The notes under the pieces: model-generated | Told to the model about the DNA's origin: nothing | The model's database searches: none | Seen by the model: only the letters and a program-made list of their open reading frames with translations | Part shown: piece after piece, positions 54,581 through 64,000 of the stretch | Position numbering within the stretch: the first letter of the stretch is position 1 | Layout of the letters: each line of letters begins with the position of its first letter | Source: an uncultured Candidatus Saccharibacteria bacterium | GTDB taxonomy: Bacteria > Patescibacteriota > Minisyncoccia > Phycocordibacterales > UBA6899 | Assembly (NCBI GenBank): GCA_964386905.1 | Contig: CAYLUP010000001.1 | Span: forward strand, 19,905-83,904 | DNA length: 64,000 nt | Direction: 5' to 3' | Position numbers and translations under genes: made by a program

Positions 54581-55603
54581 ATGTGTTTTTTCCCACTAGG
54601 GGTGCTTGCGAGTGCTGGAATTCCTGGAGGAGGAATTTGGTTTTCAAAGGACCCGTTTTTTGCTGGAGATGAAATTACGATATACACACTCGTATTTAAT
54701 GCATCTTCTCAGCCCGTGAAAGGGGAGCTTGAGTTTCTTGATGCAGACGCACTCCTTGGAAGAAAAAATGTTGAGCTCGCACCAGGGGAACACAAAACGG
54801 TTGGTTATGTGACTACTGTTTCTGAGGGAAAGAGGGCCTTTCGTGTTCGTATTGCTGGTGGGGACTTTACGGATGGAGACGGAGATCCTCTTCAACTCAA
54901 AAACACAAAGGCATCTGAGGGTGGTTTTGTGGTCCAAACACAACAGGTGTTACGTACCGTACTGAAAGATACAGATAAGGATGGCGTTCCAGATGCTTCA
55001 GATATAGATATTGATGGAGACGGGCTCGCTAATGAAAAAGAAAAGGCTATCGGCACAAACAGCTATCTCGCTGATACAGATGGGGATGGTATCCTTGATG
55101 GGACCGATCAAAACCCAACAGTTCGAGATGCACTTCCTTCTGTCACAGAGACCGTAAAAATTGCAGACAAAGACGCGCTCGCTTCAACGCTTGAGAAGGT
55201 GCTTCCGGGAAAAGTTGTAGAGCCAATTGTATCGATTACAACACCAGTTATTGGAAGCATTGAAGGGTTCCGTGTCTCACAAGCGAATAAAAATAATGAA
55301 CGTATTGTTTCGCGCGTTGATTCTATTGTCGAAAAAGTAGGGAGCGGTCAAATCGTTGCATCAACATCTGCAACAGCAACCTTGCCCCAATTGGCAGGGA
55401 AGCCGTCCCCTTGGCACTTGTTGTGGAGGGGGGTTGTGGATGTGAGTCTCGTTCGTTCCCCGTTTGATTATGCCATTCTTTTCTTTTCTTTGTTGTACCA
55501 TATTCTCATGACATACGTTTGGATTTTTTATGTTGCTCTTGCTATTGTTGTTGTGAAGATCATTATTCTTGCGAAAAATTTTCTTTTTCATCGAGAAGCT
55601 TGA
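54581..55603 (+). CDS. Surface protein with a signal peptide, thrombospondin-type-3-like DxDxDG repeats and a C-terminal TM anchor.
   Basis: MCFFPLGVLASAG signal peptide. DTDKDGVPDASDIDIDGDGLANEKE...DTDGDGILDGTD. C-terminal TM YVWIFYVALAIVVVKIII. Confidence 0.6.
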   Translation: MCFFPLGVLASAGIPGGGIWFSKDPFFAGDEITIYTLVFNASSQPVKGELEFLDADALLGRKNVELAPGEHKTVGYVTTVSEGKRAFRVRIAGGDFTDGDGDPLQLKNTKASEGGFVVQTQQVLRTVLKDTDKDGVPDASDIDIDGDGLANEKEKAIGTNSYLADTDGDGILDGTDQNPTVRDALPSVTETVKIADKDALASTLEKVLPGKVVEPIVSITTPVIGSIEGFRVSQANKNNERIVSRVDSIVEKVGSGQIVASTSATATLPQLAGKPSPWHLLWRGVVDVSLVRSPFDYAILFFSLLYHILMTYVWIFYVALAIVVVKIIILAKNFLFHREA

Positions 55604-55688
55604 AAACGTTGACGAGTTGATGGTTTTTGTGTTGAAACATTCTTTTAAGTGTGATCTGTGCTAGAGTGTTCGTATAACCAATAAAGTT

Positions 55689-56198
55689 ATGGATAAGAAT
55701 ACGAAGATTTCTGTTGCGATCGGCGTTGCTGTCATCGCGATATTCCTCGGCGTTCTTGTTATCTCTGGTGGAGATAAGAAGGAACAGCCTATTGAAACAG
55801 CTCCAGTTGCAACTACAACTGAGGATGTTGTTATTAGCCCCTTAACATCAGCAGTCACAGGGCTTCCTGCAACTGCAAAAATTCCTGCGAATAAAACGGA
55901 TGGTTTATCCGTTGTTGATCAGCTCGCTGATGACCATGTTGCATTTTCTGGAGTGACTATTACCGAAGATACATGGGTTGTCGTATATGATGACAGAAAC
56001 GGTGAGCCTTCTTGGGTTATTGGAGCAGGTCTCTTTTTCGGAGGTGTTGAGGAGGGCGTTTCTCCTGTGATGCGCAAGACAGAGCCTGGAAAACGCTATT
56101 ACGTAACGTTGATTGCTGATAACGGTGATCGCGTCTTTGATATTAAGGCTGATCGACCTGCAGTGGATGCAAAGGTTGTTTCATTTATTGCAAAGTAA
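55689..56198 (+). CDS. Hypothetical secreted/membrane-anchored protein.
   Basis: N-terminal TM or signal (ISVAIGVAVIAIFLGVLVI). Terminator downstream. Confidence 0.55.
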   Translation: MDKNTKISVAIGVAVIAIFLGVLVISGGDKKEQPIETAPVATTTEDVVISPLTSAVTGLPATAKIPANKTDGLSVVDQLADDHVAFSGVTITEDTWVVVYDDRNGEPSWVIGAGLFFGGVEEGVSPVMRKTEPGKRYYVTLIADNGDRVFDIKADRPAVDAKVVSFIAK

Positions 56199-56199
56199 C

Positions 56200-56226
56200 A
56201 AAAACCACCTGTCGGTGGTTTTTGTT
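56200..56226 (+). terminator. Rho-independent terminator.
   Basis: aaaaACCACCtgtcGGTGGTtttt. Confidence 0.75.
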
Positions 56227-56276
56227 ATATAGCAGTTTCTTCTTGCCTTCTTTTTGTGCTCCTATATACTTTTTCT

Positions 56277-58331
56277 ATGTCCTTTTCTTTGCACTCAGAA
56301 TGGAATCCTGCTGGTGATCAGCCGAAAGCTATTGAGTTGCTCACTCAAGGTTTTTTTGGTGGTCATCGGATGCAAACACTTCTTGGTGTTACAGGTTCTG
56401 GGAAGACTTTTACTGCTGCAAACGTTATTGCTCGTGTTGGAAAACCAACACTCGTAATCGCACACAACAAAACGCTTGCAGCACAGCTTGCTCAGGAATA
56501 CAAGACTTTTTTTCCAAAAAATGCTGTGCACTATTTTGTATCCTATTATGATTATTACCAGCCTGAAGCATATATTCCAACAACAGATACATACATTGAA
56601 AAAGATGCTGCGATTAATGCAGAAATTGAGCGTTTGAGGCATGCGTCGACCCAGGCGCTGCTCACCCGGGATGATGTAATTATTGTTGCATCAGTTTCCT
56701 GTATTTATGGTCTTGGATCCCCAGAAGAGTACAAAAAAGTCCATCTTCATATACAAAAAAACGTTGTTTTGACGAGAAATGAGCTTATTCGCAAGCTTGT
56801 TGATGTATATTTTACACGAACAACCGCTGATTTGACTCCTGGAACATTTCGATCAGTTGGTTCTCATGTTGAAATAATGCCAACGTCGGAATTGGTGATT
56901 TATGAAGTTGCTTTTGCAGGGAATGAGGTTGAAAGTATTCAGAAAATTGACCCAATCACGAGAAATATTATTGAACAGTGTCAGGACGTATTTATTTTCC
57001 CTGCTAAGCACTTTGTAACCCCTGAAGACGAGCGAGTGCGTGCGATGGAAGACATTCGACAAGAGCTTGCACAACAACTTGAATATTTTGATCGGAACGG
57101 CAAGGTGCTCGAGGCAGAGCGATTACGACGAAGAACTCAGTATGATCTTGCGATGATTGGAGAGGTGGGGTATTGCTCTGGTATCGAAAATTATTCACGG
57201 CATTTCGATGGAAGAAAAGAAGGCGAAGCTCCAACGACGCTATTGTCATATTTTCCACACAAGGCAGACGGGACGCCAGATTTTTTTACTGTCATTGATG
57301 AGTCTCACGTGACGCTGCCGCAAATTCGAGGGATGTATGCTGGTGACCGTTCGAGGAAAGATACTCTCGTTGAATTTGGCTTTCGTCTTCCATCTGCACG
57401 AGACAATCGTCCGTTGCGTTTTGAAGAATGGGAGTCACGTGTTGGACAGATTCTTTGTACTTCTGCAACACCTGGAGCATACGAACTCGAACACTCTCAC
57501 GCTGTTATTGAACAAGTGATTCGGCCAACGGGCCTTCTTGATCCTGTGATTGAGATGAGGCCAGTCGTTGGAAGAGAGGGGGGTAATGGACAAGTTGAGG
57601 ATTTTCTCATAGATGCAGAAGAGACCATCAAAAAAGGCGAACGTGTGCTTGTTACGACATTAACCAAAAAAATGGCAGAAGACCTCGCGTCTTACTTGAA
57701 GGACAAAGGAATCCAATCGGCGTATCTTCATAGCGATGTTAAAACACTCGAGCGAATACAAATTCTTTCTGATTTTCGAAAAGGAGTATATCACTGCCTT
57801 GTTGGTGTGAATCTTTTACGTGAAGGACTCGATTTGCCTGAAGTATCTCTTGTTGCCATTTTGGATGCAGACAAAGAGGGGTTCTTGCGTTCAGAAACAG
57901 CACTGATTCAAACATTTGGTCGCGCTGCAAGAAATGTCCGTGGTCGCGTTGTTGTGTATGCAGATCATGTGTCTGCTGCATTATCCTATGCGACTGAAGA
58001 AACAATGCGAAGACGGGCGTTGCAAGAAGCGTATAATCAAGAGCACGGAATTACTCCCAAGACAGTAAAGAAACATATCCATGATATTACTGAAGGTATG
58101 GAGAAAACGCATGCAGCGACGGTAAAGGCTGTGGCGCGGATTGATATAGCAACATATGGGAATGATATTCATGCCGTGATACAAGAAAAAGAAAAGGAAA
58201 TGGAAGCCGCTGTGTCACAGCTGGATTTTGAAACAGCAGCGCTTCTTCGTGATGAGATAGCTTCTCTTGCATCCTCTGCAGGAATTGAGCACCGCGCAAA
58301 GAAGGTTGTACAAAAAACAAAAAAGCGTTAA
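56277..58331 (+). CDS. uvrB: Excinuclease ABC subunit B.
   Basis: GVTGSGKTFT Walker A. DESH box. Helicase motifs. C-terminal UvrB/C-interaction domain (LDFETAALLRDEI). Confidence 0.95.
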   Translation: MSFSLHSEWNPAGDQPKAIELLTQGFFGGHRMQTLLGVTGSGKTFTAANVIARVGKPTLVIAHNKTLAAQLAQEYKTFFPKNAVHYFVSYYDYYQPEAYIPTTDTYIEKDAAINAEIERLRHASTQALLTRDDVIIVASVSCIYGLGSPEEYKKVHLHIQKNVVLTRNELIRKLVDVYFTRTTADLTPGTFRSVGSHVEIMPTSELVIYEVAFAGNEVESIQKIDPITRNIIEQCQDVFIFPAKHFVTPEDERVRAMEDIRQELAQQLEYFDRNGKVLEAERLRRRTQYDLAMIGEVGYCSGIENYSRHFDGRKEGEAPTTLLSYFPHKADGTPDFFTVIDESHVTLPQIRGMYAGDRSRKDTLVEFGFRLPSARDNRPLRFEEWESRVGQILCTSATPGAYELEHSHAVIEQVIRPTGLLDPVIEMRPVVGREGGNGQVEDFLIDAEETIKKGERVLVTTLTKKMAEDLASYLKDKGIQSAYLHSDVKTLERIQILSDFRKGVYHCLVGVNLLREGLDLPEVSLVAILDADKEGFLRSETALIQTFGRAARNVRGRVVVYADHVSAALSYATEETMRRRALQEAYNQEHGITPKTVKKHIHDITEGMEKTHAATVKAVARIDIATYGNDIHAVIQEKEKEMEAAVSQLDFETAALLRDEIASLASSAGIEHRAKKVVQKTKKR

Positions 58332-58363
58332 CGCTTTTTTGTTTATGGTATAATTTCAGTTAT

Positions 58364-59152
58364 ATGTCATTGATTCTTCTTTTGTCTGAACAACAACACT
58401 TGTGCGACATCTTGAAAGAGGCACTCCGTCCGCACGGTATTCAGATTGACATGGTTGCACAGCCAGAGACCTTTCTTGCTCGATGTCGTGAGTTGCAACC
58501 AGTTATGGTAATTATTGATAATGCTGTCGCTTCTGGAACTGGCCTACGGGCATTACAAATGCTTCGTGAAGCAGAGGATGTTATTGCAAAACTCCCTGTC
58601 ATTATCGCGGAGGAAACGGGCGATCTCGTGGTTATCTCTGAAGCATTAAAGTATGGTATTGCTGACTATTTCGTTTCGAGTCGCTTGGATCATTCTGGAA
58701 TTGTACAAAAAATATTTAAGAATCTGCCGAAAGATTCAGGTGTAATCGTGCCAAAGGAGTATATTCAGCAGGGACAACAGAAATATGTCATCCTACTTGT
58801 AGAAGATGATCGTTTTTTGAGGGATCTCACTCTGCAAAAGTTCACGCAGGAAAAAAATATGAATGTGATTACTGCTGTCGACGGAGAACAGGGTGTGACA
58901 CTTGCAGAAAAGCATATCCCACATATTATTCTTCTCGACGCCATTCTCCCTGGAATTGATGGTTTCGAAGTTTTGAAACGATTGCGAAGTAAGCCGCAGT
59001 TTGCTCGAACAGTTATTGTCATGCTTTCGAATTTTGGCCAGCGGGAAGATATGGATAAGGCAATGGCGTTGGGGGCGAATCAGTTTCTTGTAAAAGCAAA
59101 CTATACTTTGGATGAAATTGTAGCTGAGGTCAAACGGCTTTTAGAAATATAA
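58364..59152 (+). CDS. Stand-alone protein with two receiver (REC) domains. The first is a degenerate pseudo-receiver and the second is canonical.
   Basis: REC1 is ILLLSEQQ...VMVIIDNAV, with no acidic pair. REC2 is ILLVEDDRF...HIILLDAILPGIDGF...VIVMLSNFG...K. No output domain. Confidence 0.7.
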   Translation: MSLILLLSEQQHLCDILKEALRPHGIQIDMVAQPETFLARCRELQPVMVIIDNAVASGTGLRALQMLREAEDVIAKLPVIIAEETGDLVVISEALKYGIADYFVSSRLDHSGIVQKIFKNLPKDSGVIVPKEYIQQGQQKYVILLVEDDRFLRDLTLQKFTQEKNMNVITAVDGEQGVTLAEKHIPHIILLDAILPGIDGFEVLKRLRSKPQFARTVIVMLSNFGQREDMDKAMALGANQFLVKANYTLDEIVAEVKRLLEI

Positions 59153-59172
59153 TGGCGAAAGCCATTTTTTTT
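59151..59172 (+). terminator. Rho-independent terminator.
   Basis: aATGGCgaaaGCCATtttttttt. Confidence 0.75.
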
Positions 59173-59231
59173 ATCTGTAAAAGAAAGGCGAGATGTGGTA
59201 GTCTGGACTTATGGAAAAGAAGAGAGCTCAG

Positions 59232-61814
59232 ATGCAAGGTGAGATTGTCATTCGAGGAGCACGCACACATAATTTAAAAAATGTTTCGTTGTCGATACCG
59301 AGAAATACATTTACTGTTTTCACAGGGCTATCCGGATCAGGAAAGTCCTCTTTGGCATTTGATACCATTTTTGCTGAAGGTCAGCGACGATATGTTGAGT
59401 CGCTATCTGCATATGCGAGACAGTTTCTGCATACCATGCAAAAGCCAGACGTTGATGAAATTTCTGGCCTCTCACCTGCAATTTCAATCGATCAAAAATC
59501 TCATTCATCAAACCCACGATCAACAGTGGCGACTATTACAGAGATTAATGATTATCTTCGTGTTCTTTTTGCCCGCATAGGAGTACCTCATTGCTTAATA
59601 TGCGGAAAAGCTATAAAGCGACTGACAAACGAGGAAATTCTTGCATTTGCTTTTGAGCGTGCAGAGACACTTCTGACACAGTCTGCATCAAAAGACGTAA
59701 TGGGTGTTTCATTGAACGATAAAAAGATTGGCGTCTATGCACCAATTGTTCGAGGCCGAAAAGGAGAGTATTATCAAATGCTTTATGATTACTTAGGAAA
59801 AGGATTTTCGCGTGTTCGTGTTGATGGTGAGAATTATAGTTTACGTGAACGTATCGCACTTACAAAAACAAAAAAACACGATATCGACTTGTTGGTTGAT
59901 GAGTTTTTTGCATCAGAATTTCATGACGATGAGCGAGGGGTGCGCGAAAGGCTTTCTGAGGCCGTTGAGCGAGCGCTCGAAGAAAGTGACGGATTAGTAA
60001 AACTAATCGTCGATAACGAAGAAATTCTCCTTTCTGCAAAATTTGCATGTCCTGATGATGGTTTTTCGTATCCAGAGATTGAGCCACGTCTTTTTTCTTT
60101 TAATTCTCCTGCAGGTGCTTGTGAAGCGTGTAATGGTTTGGGGACAAAACATATTTTCGGAGAGGATACATGTGATGTGTGTCATGGTGCACGGCTCAAG
60201 AAAGAAGCTCTTCATGTATACATACAGGGCAAAAATATTGTTGACATTACACGTCTTTCTGTGGATCGTGCATTTGATTACTTCACCCTCCTAGAACTCT
60301 CTGATTTTGAAAAAAAGATATCGGGCGTTGTTATCAAAGAAATTGTTACGCGATTATCTTTTATGCGAGATGTTGGTATTGGGTATTTGACACTCGGGAG
60401 ACGAGCCAATACGTTGTCTGGCGGTGAGGCTCAACGCATACGCCTTGCATCACAGCTTGGCTCTCGCCTTGTTGGTGCGCTGTATGTTCTCGATGAGCCG
60501 ACAATTGGATTGCATCAAAGGGATAATGATAAGCTTATTCGAACATTACGAGACCTTTGTGATATTGGGAATACGATCATTGTTGTTGAGCATGACGAAG
60601 ACACCATCTTTGCTTCAGATTTCATTGTGGATATTGGCCCAGGGGCAGGCATCCATGGCGGAGAAGTAATGGTATCTGGATATCTCGACACAGTGCTCAC
60701 TGATGGGAAGGAACAATCGCTCACCCTTGAATATCTTCGTCGCGAAAAATGCATTCCTATACCAGAAAAACGTCGTGATGCGGAGCTTGGAAAGTTGTTT
60801 ATCCAGGGAGCACAAATCTATACGTTAAAAAATATTACTGCAGAAGTTCCATTGGGACGTTTTGTGTGCATTACTGGTGTTTCTGGATCTGGGAAATCCA
60901 CGTTTTTATATGAGGTTATCCACAAGAACCTTCAGCATTTTTTTGATAGGAAAATAAAGCGAGATGCCCCAGTCAATGCGTCAGTGTTTTCAGGGACAGA
61001 ATATTTAAATCGTGTCGTGCTTATTGATCAATCTGCGATTGGTCGAACACCACGCAGCAACCCAGCAACGTACACAGGTGCATGGACTTTTGTTCGTGAA
61101 TTGTTTGCGGAAACAGAAGAGGCAAAAGTCCGTGGCTGGAAACCTTCACGTTTTTCATTCAACGTGAAAGGTGGAAGATGTGAGGCATGTGAGGGGAATG
61201 GTGAAATTGCAGTTGAAATGCATTTTCTCCCAACGGTATATGTTATGTGTGAGGTGTGTCACGGAAAGAGGTTTATGAAGGAAACGCTTGAAGTTAAGTT
61301 TCGTAAAAAAACAATTTTTGATATTCTGGATATGACTATTGAGGAGGCAGCAAGGTTTTTTGCTGATATTCCAGCAATATACGATCGACTGAGGACACTT
61401 GAAGAAGTTGGTTTGCAGTATCTTAAACTCGGACAATCTGCGACAACCCTTTCCGGTGGTGAGGCACAGCGTATTAAGATTGCTTCGGAGTTGTACCGTC
61501 CTCATCAAGACCGAACACTGTACTTGTTGGATGAACCGACTGTTGGGTTGCATTTCGAGGACGTGCGAAGGCTTATAGAAATTCTTCAGGCACTCGTTAG
61601 AAAAGGAAATACTGTACTGCTTATTGAGCACAATCTCGACGTCATTAAATCAGCTGACTGGATCATTGATTTTGGGCCAGAGGGAGGGGAGGGTGGAGGA
61701 TCTATCGTTGCAAAAGGAACCCCAGAAGATGTTGCTGCAAATACACACTCTGCAACAGGACAGTACCTGGCGAAAGTTCTTCATAGAAACCCAAAGAAAA
61801 AACAGGCTCGATAA
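59232..61814 (+). CDS. uvrA: Excinuclease ABC subunit A.
   Basis: Two ABC ATPase modules (GLSGSGKSSL, GVSGSGKSTF; LSGGEAQR x2) and zinc-finger Cys clusters. Start moved to MQGEIVIRGARTHNLKNV. Confidence 0.95.
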   Translation: MQGEIVIRGARTHNLKNVSLSIPRNTFTVFTGLSGSGKSSLAFDTIFAEGQRRYVESLSAYARQFLHTMQKPDVDEISGLSPAISIDQKSHSSNPRSTVATITEINDYLRVLFARIGVPHCLICGKAIKRLTNEEILAFAFERAETLLTQSASKDVMGVSLNDKKIGVYAPIVRGRKGEYYQMLYDYLGKGFSRVRVDGENYSLRERIALTKTKKHDIDLLVDEFFASEFHDDERGVRERLSEAVERALEESDGLVKLIVDNEEILLSAKFACPDDGFSYPEIEPRLFSFNSPAGACEACNGLGTKHIFGEDTCDVCHGARLKKEALHVYIQGKNIVDITRLSVDRAFDYFTLLELSDFEKKISGVVIKEIVTRLSFMRDVGIGYLTLGRRANTLSGGEAQRIRLASQLGSRLVGALYVLDEPTIGLHQRDNDKLIRTLRDLCDIGNTIIVVEHDEDTIFASDFIVDIGPGAGIHGGEVMVSGYLDTVLTDGKEQSLTLEYLRREKCIPIPEKRRDAELGKLFIQGAQIYTLKNITAEVPLGRFVCITGVSGSGKSTFLYEVIHKNLQHFFDRKIKRDAPVNASVFSGTEYLNRVVLIDQSAIGRTPRSNPATYTGAWTFVRELFAETEEAKVRGWKPSRFSFNVKGGRCEACEGNGEIAVEMHFLPTVYVMCEVCHGKRFMKETLEVKFRKKTIFDILDMTIEEAARFFADIPAIYDRLRTLEEVGLQYLKLGQSATTLSGGEAQRIKIASELYRPHQDRTLYLLDEPTVGLHFEDVRRLIEILQALVRKGNTVLLIEHNLDVIKSADWIIDFGPEGGEGGGSIVAKGTPEDVAANTHSATGQYLAKVLHRNPKKKQAR

Positions 61815-61826
61815 TTCGAGCCTGTT
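61797..61826. terminator. Bidirectional terminator overlapping the uvrA stop.
   Basis: AACAGGCTCGataaTTCGAGCCTGTT. Confidence 0.7.
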
Positions 61827-62256
61827 ATTGATTTCTCTTCAACGTCCAGATTCCTTTTTTAATTCGAACATCAAAGATTGCTTGAATGAGATCCAAGAAA
61901 AGCAAGGCTTTTGTTTGAGGATCTTGAAACGCACGCTTTGATGCATGTTTTCGCAAATTTGGTGCGTAATAATCCACAACAGCATAGTACACGATGTACT
62001 GCATTGATTCTGGGGGCTCGCCTGTTGCAAATGTAATACTAATTTTGAGATCTCTCATTTTATTGAGGACAAATTTCAGAACCTTAATCATTCGCACAAG
62101 ATCGTCTTCTGGTCGTGCAGAGGTTAGTGTTCCTGGGATGTGTTTTTTGCAGTATTCAAAGAGTTGTGTGCGTACCGTGTCATCTTTTTGTTCTCCATGG
62201 AAGCCTCGAAGCGTCTGGAGAGGAATGACAACGGTCTCTCGTCCAGCATCGCTCAT
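61825..62256 (-). CDS. Hypothetical protein (143 aa) inserted between uvrA and uvrC on the opposite strand.
   Basis: Coding-like ORF. No recognisable domain. Confidence 0.45.
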   Translation of the reverse strand: MSDAGRETVVIPLQTLRGFHGEQKDDTVRTQLFEYCKKHIPGTLTSARPEDDLVRMIKVLKFVLNKMRDLKISITFATGEPPESMQYIVYYAVVDYYAPNLRKHASKRAFQDPQTKALLFLDLIQAIFDVRIKKGIWTLKRNQ

Positions 62257-62313
62257 AGCATGCTCCGTATATCTGATTGCAATCTACGTTGATTTTATGC
62301 TATTGTCAATATT

Positions 62314-63582
62314 ATGGTTTTGAATGACTTTCAAAAGATATCGCTTCCGGGGGCACCAGGTGTGTACTTTTTTTGTGATCATTCTGGGAATTTTCTGTAT
62401 ATTGGGAGGGCGACAAATTTGAAAACGCGTGTTCGGAGTTACTTCGACAAAGAACTTTCCGCTAAACGGGGGAAACATATTGTGGATATGGTTGAAAAGT
62501 CTGATGAAATTCAATATGTTCAAACAGATACCGTTTTTGATGCGATATTGCTTGAGGCTGCACTGATTAAAAAGCACACACCATACTATAATACTCGTGA
62601 AAAAGACAATAAAAGTTTTGCATATATTTGTATTACACGAGAGGATTTTCCACATGTTGTAATTATTCGACAAAGAAACATGGTGGCAGTGTCAGGTAGG
62701 CAGGATTCTACGTATCTTGCGATCTTTGGTCCGTTTACAAGTGTAAGAACAGCGGAGCAAATTTTGCATATTTTACGGAAGATGATTCCATACTCTGATA
62801 CGTGTTATCCAGGATCACAGAAGCCATGTTTCTCACGGCAGGTTGGATTGTGTCCAGGAGTCTGTACTGGTGAAATTTCAAAAAAGGCGTATGCACAAGA
62901 AATACAAAAGCTTCGCCTTATTCTATCAGGGCAAAAGATTGCATTAAAAGAAAAAACGAAAAGACATATGGAGCGAGCAGCAAAGGCGCTTCGGTTTGAA
63001 GATGCAGCAAGACACAAGAAGCTTCTGTTTGCGCTCACTCATATACAGGATATTGCACTTGTTGGGGAAGAGATTAAGGCAGAATCATTTCGGTCTGCAC
63101 AAAAACGTCTTCGCGCACATCGAATTGAAGCATATGACATTGCTCACCTTTTTGGAACACACACTGTTGGTGTCATGACCGTCGTCATTGACGGGAGTAT
63201 TGAAAAAAGTGAATATCGGAAATTTAAGATCCGCGAACAGGCAGATGAGCGTCTCATCAATGATCATTTTCGCACGGAAGAGGTTTTACGAAGGAGATTT
63301 GCCCATCTGCAGTGGCAGTATCCCGATGTAATTGTCATTGATGGGGGGTTGGCTCATATCCGTGCGGCTCGGCGCGTACTGCGGGAATTGCATATTCGTA
63401 TCCCAGTTGTCTCTGTTGTAAAAAATAAGAAACATCAAGCGAAAGGGATTATTGGAAATATAGAAATTGCAGAATCATATAAACCCCAAATTCTTCTTGC
63501 AAATATGGAGGCGCATCGTTTTGCTCTTGCATATCACCGCCAACTTCGTGATCGAATCACGGGTGCTACTATGTCCACATAA
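62314..63582 (+). CDS. uvrC: Excinuclease ABC subunit C, short form lacking the C-terminal (HhH)2 domain.
   Basis: GIY-YIG N-terminus (GVYFFCDHSGNFLYIGRATNLKTRVRSYF). UvrB-interaction region. RNase H-like endonuclease domain (IEAYDIAHLFG). Ends about 180 aa earlier than canonical UvrC. Confidence 0.82.
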   Translation: MVLNDFQKISLPGAPGVYFFCDHSGNFLYIGRATNLKTRVRSYFDKELSAKRGKHIVDMVEKSDEIQYVQTDTVFDAILLEAALIKKHTPYYNTREKDNKSFAYICITREDFPHVVIIRQRNMVAVSGRQDSTYLAIFGPFTSVRTAEQILHILRKMIPYSDTCYPGSQKPCFSRQVGLCPGVCTGEISKKAYAQEIQKLRLILSGQKIALKEKTKRHMERAAKALRFEDAARHKKLLFALTHIQDIALVGEEIKAESFRSAQKRLRAHRIEAYDIAHLFGTHTVGVMTVVIDGSIEKSEYRKFKIREQADERLINDHFRTEEVLRRRFAHLQWQYPDVIVIDGGLAHIRAARRVLRELHIRIPVVSVVKNKKHQAKGIIGNIEIAESYKPQILLANMEAHRFALAYHRQLRDRITGATMST

Positions 63583-63612
63583 GCTTGGCGGGAAGTGTGG
63601 TATGATGTTTGT

Positions 63613-64000
63613 ATGTCTATGCATCGGAAACGTGTTGCGGTGGTTCGCGGAGGGCCATCTTCTGAGTATAATGTTTCTCTTAAAACCGGAGAAACAGTAT
63701 TGAGGCATCTTGATCGTGATCGATTTATTCCACACGATGTTGTGCTTACTCGCGACGGTATATGGTATATGAATGGTGTGCGAACAACATTTGCAGATAT
63801 TGCACAGCACTCCGACGTGATATTTAATGCACTGCATGGAGAATTCGGCGAGGACGGGAAAGCACAGCAACTTTTTCGGTCTTTTGGTTTACCTTATACA
63901 GGGTCTGATGCGCTTGCTTCGGCTGTTGGTATGCACAAAGGCCTTGCCCGTGAACGTTTTGAGGCAATGGGGCTAACAGTCGCTCGTGGGGAAGTTATTC
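63613..64000 (+). CDS. ddl: D-alanine--D-alanine ligase, 3'-truncated by the window edge.
   Basis: RVAVVRGGPSSEYNVSLKTG ... FNALHGEFGEDG ... LPYTGS, the Ddl N-terminal domain. Not in the ORF track because no stop falls within the window. Confidence 0.78.
   Translation, partial: MSMHRKRVAVVRGGPSSEYNVSLKTGETVLRHLDRDRFIPHDVVLTRDGIWYMNGVRTTFADIAQHSDVIFNALHGEFGEDGKAQQLFRSFGLPYTGSDALASAVGMHKGLARERFEAMGLTVARGEVI

Overview
This window is a 64 kb chromosomal segment of a small-genome, moderately AT-rich bacterium. Short proteins, an archaeal-size ProRS, a class I aldolase and surface proteins with DxDxDG repeats suggest a Patescibacteria/CPR-like or similar lineage, but this is inference only. The ORF track assigns alternative start codons (GTG at position 39, TTG at 16999, 37519 and 39842 are translated as M) and takes the longest ORF, so many starts below were moved to internal ATGs. 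My own position counts may be off by 1-2 nt.

Housekeeping content:
- Rod-shape and elongation genes: mreB-mreC-mreD-mrdA, followed by greA.
- Two aminoacyl-tRNA ligases: proS and lysS.
- A truncated division/cell-wall cluster: mraZ-rsmH-ftsL-ftsI-murF, followed by an MscS channel rather than the usual murD, ftsW and ftsZ continuation.
- Glycolysis: class I fructose-bisphosphate aldolase and pyruvate kinase.
- DNA metabolism: dnaB, recR, rmuC, uvrB, uvrA, a short uvrC and the start of ddl.
- Others: rplU, a P-type Ca-ATPase, a CaCA antiporter, an MFS transporter, a HIT protein and a histidine kinase.
- Two tRNAs: tRNA-Glu(CTC) on the minus strand and tRNA-Gln(TTG) on the plus strand.

Accessory content: no CRISPR array, rRNA or recognisable transposase is present. 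The signals most worth a second look are:
1. A locus at 39.3-41.3 kb with two tandem paralogous SLOG/DUF2493-like (DprA/LOG-fold) genes, a copy of a 150-350 bp repeat element bounded by purine-rich inverted ends, and tRNA-Gln with a duplicated 5' fragment.
2. A second copy of the same repeat element directly upstream of rplU.
3. A heavily hairpinned, tRNA-Glu-derived element next to the intact tRNA-Glu, followed by a small Cys-rich gene with a perfect SD.
4. Two tandem paralogous Cys-rich zinc-ribbon-like proteins at 5.5-6.7 kb.
5. A sharply GC-richer 400 bp island encoding a 129-aa ORF between rmuC and recR.
6. A five-unit TGGGR direct-repeat array with exact 10 bp periodicity about 300 bp upstream of mraZ, which looks like a MraZ operator.
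7. An ArsR-glutaredoxin pair with a nested palindromic operator over the promoter and start codon.
8. Heptamer tandem arrays in several intergenic regions.
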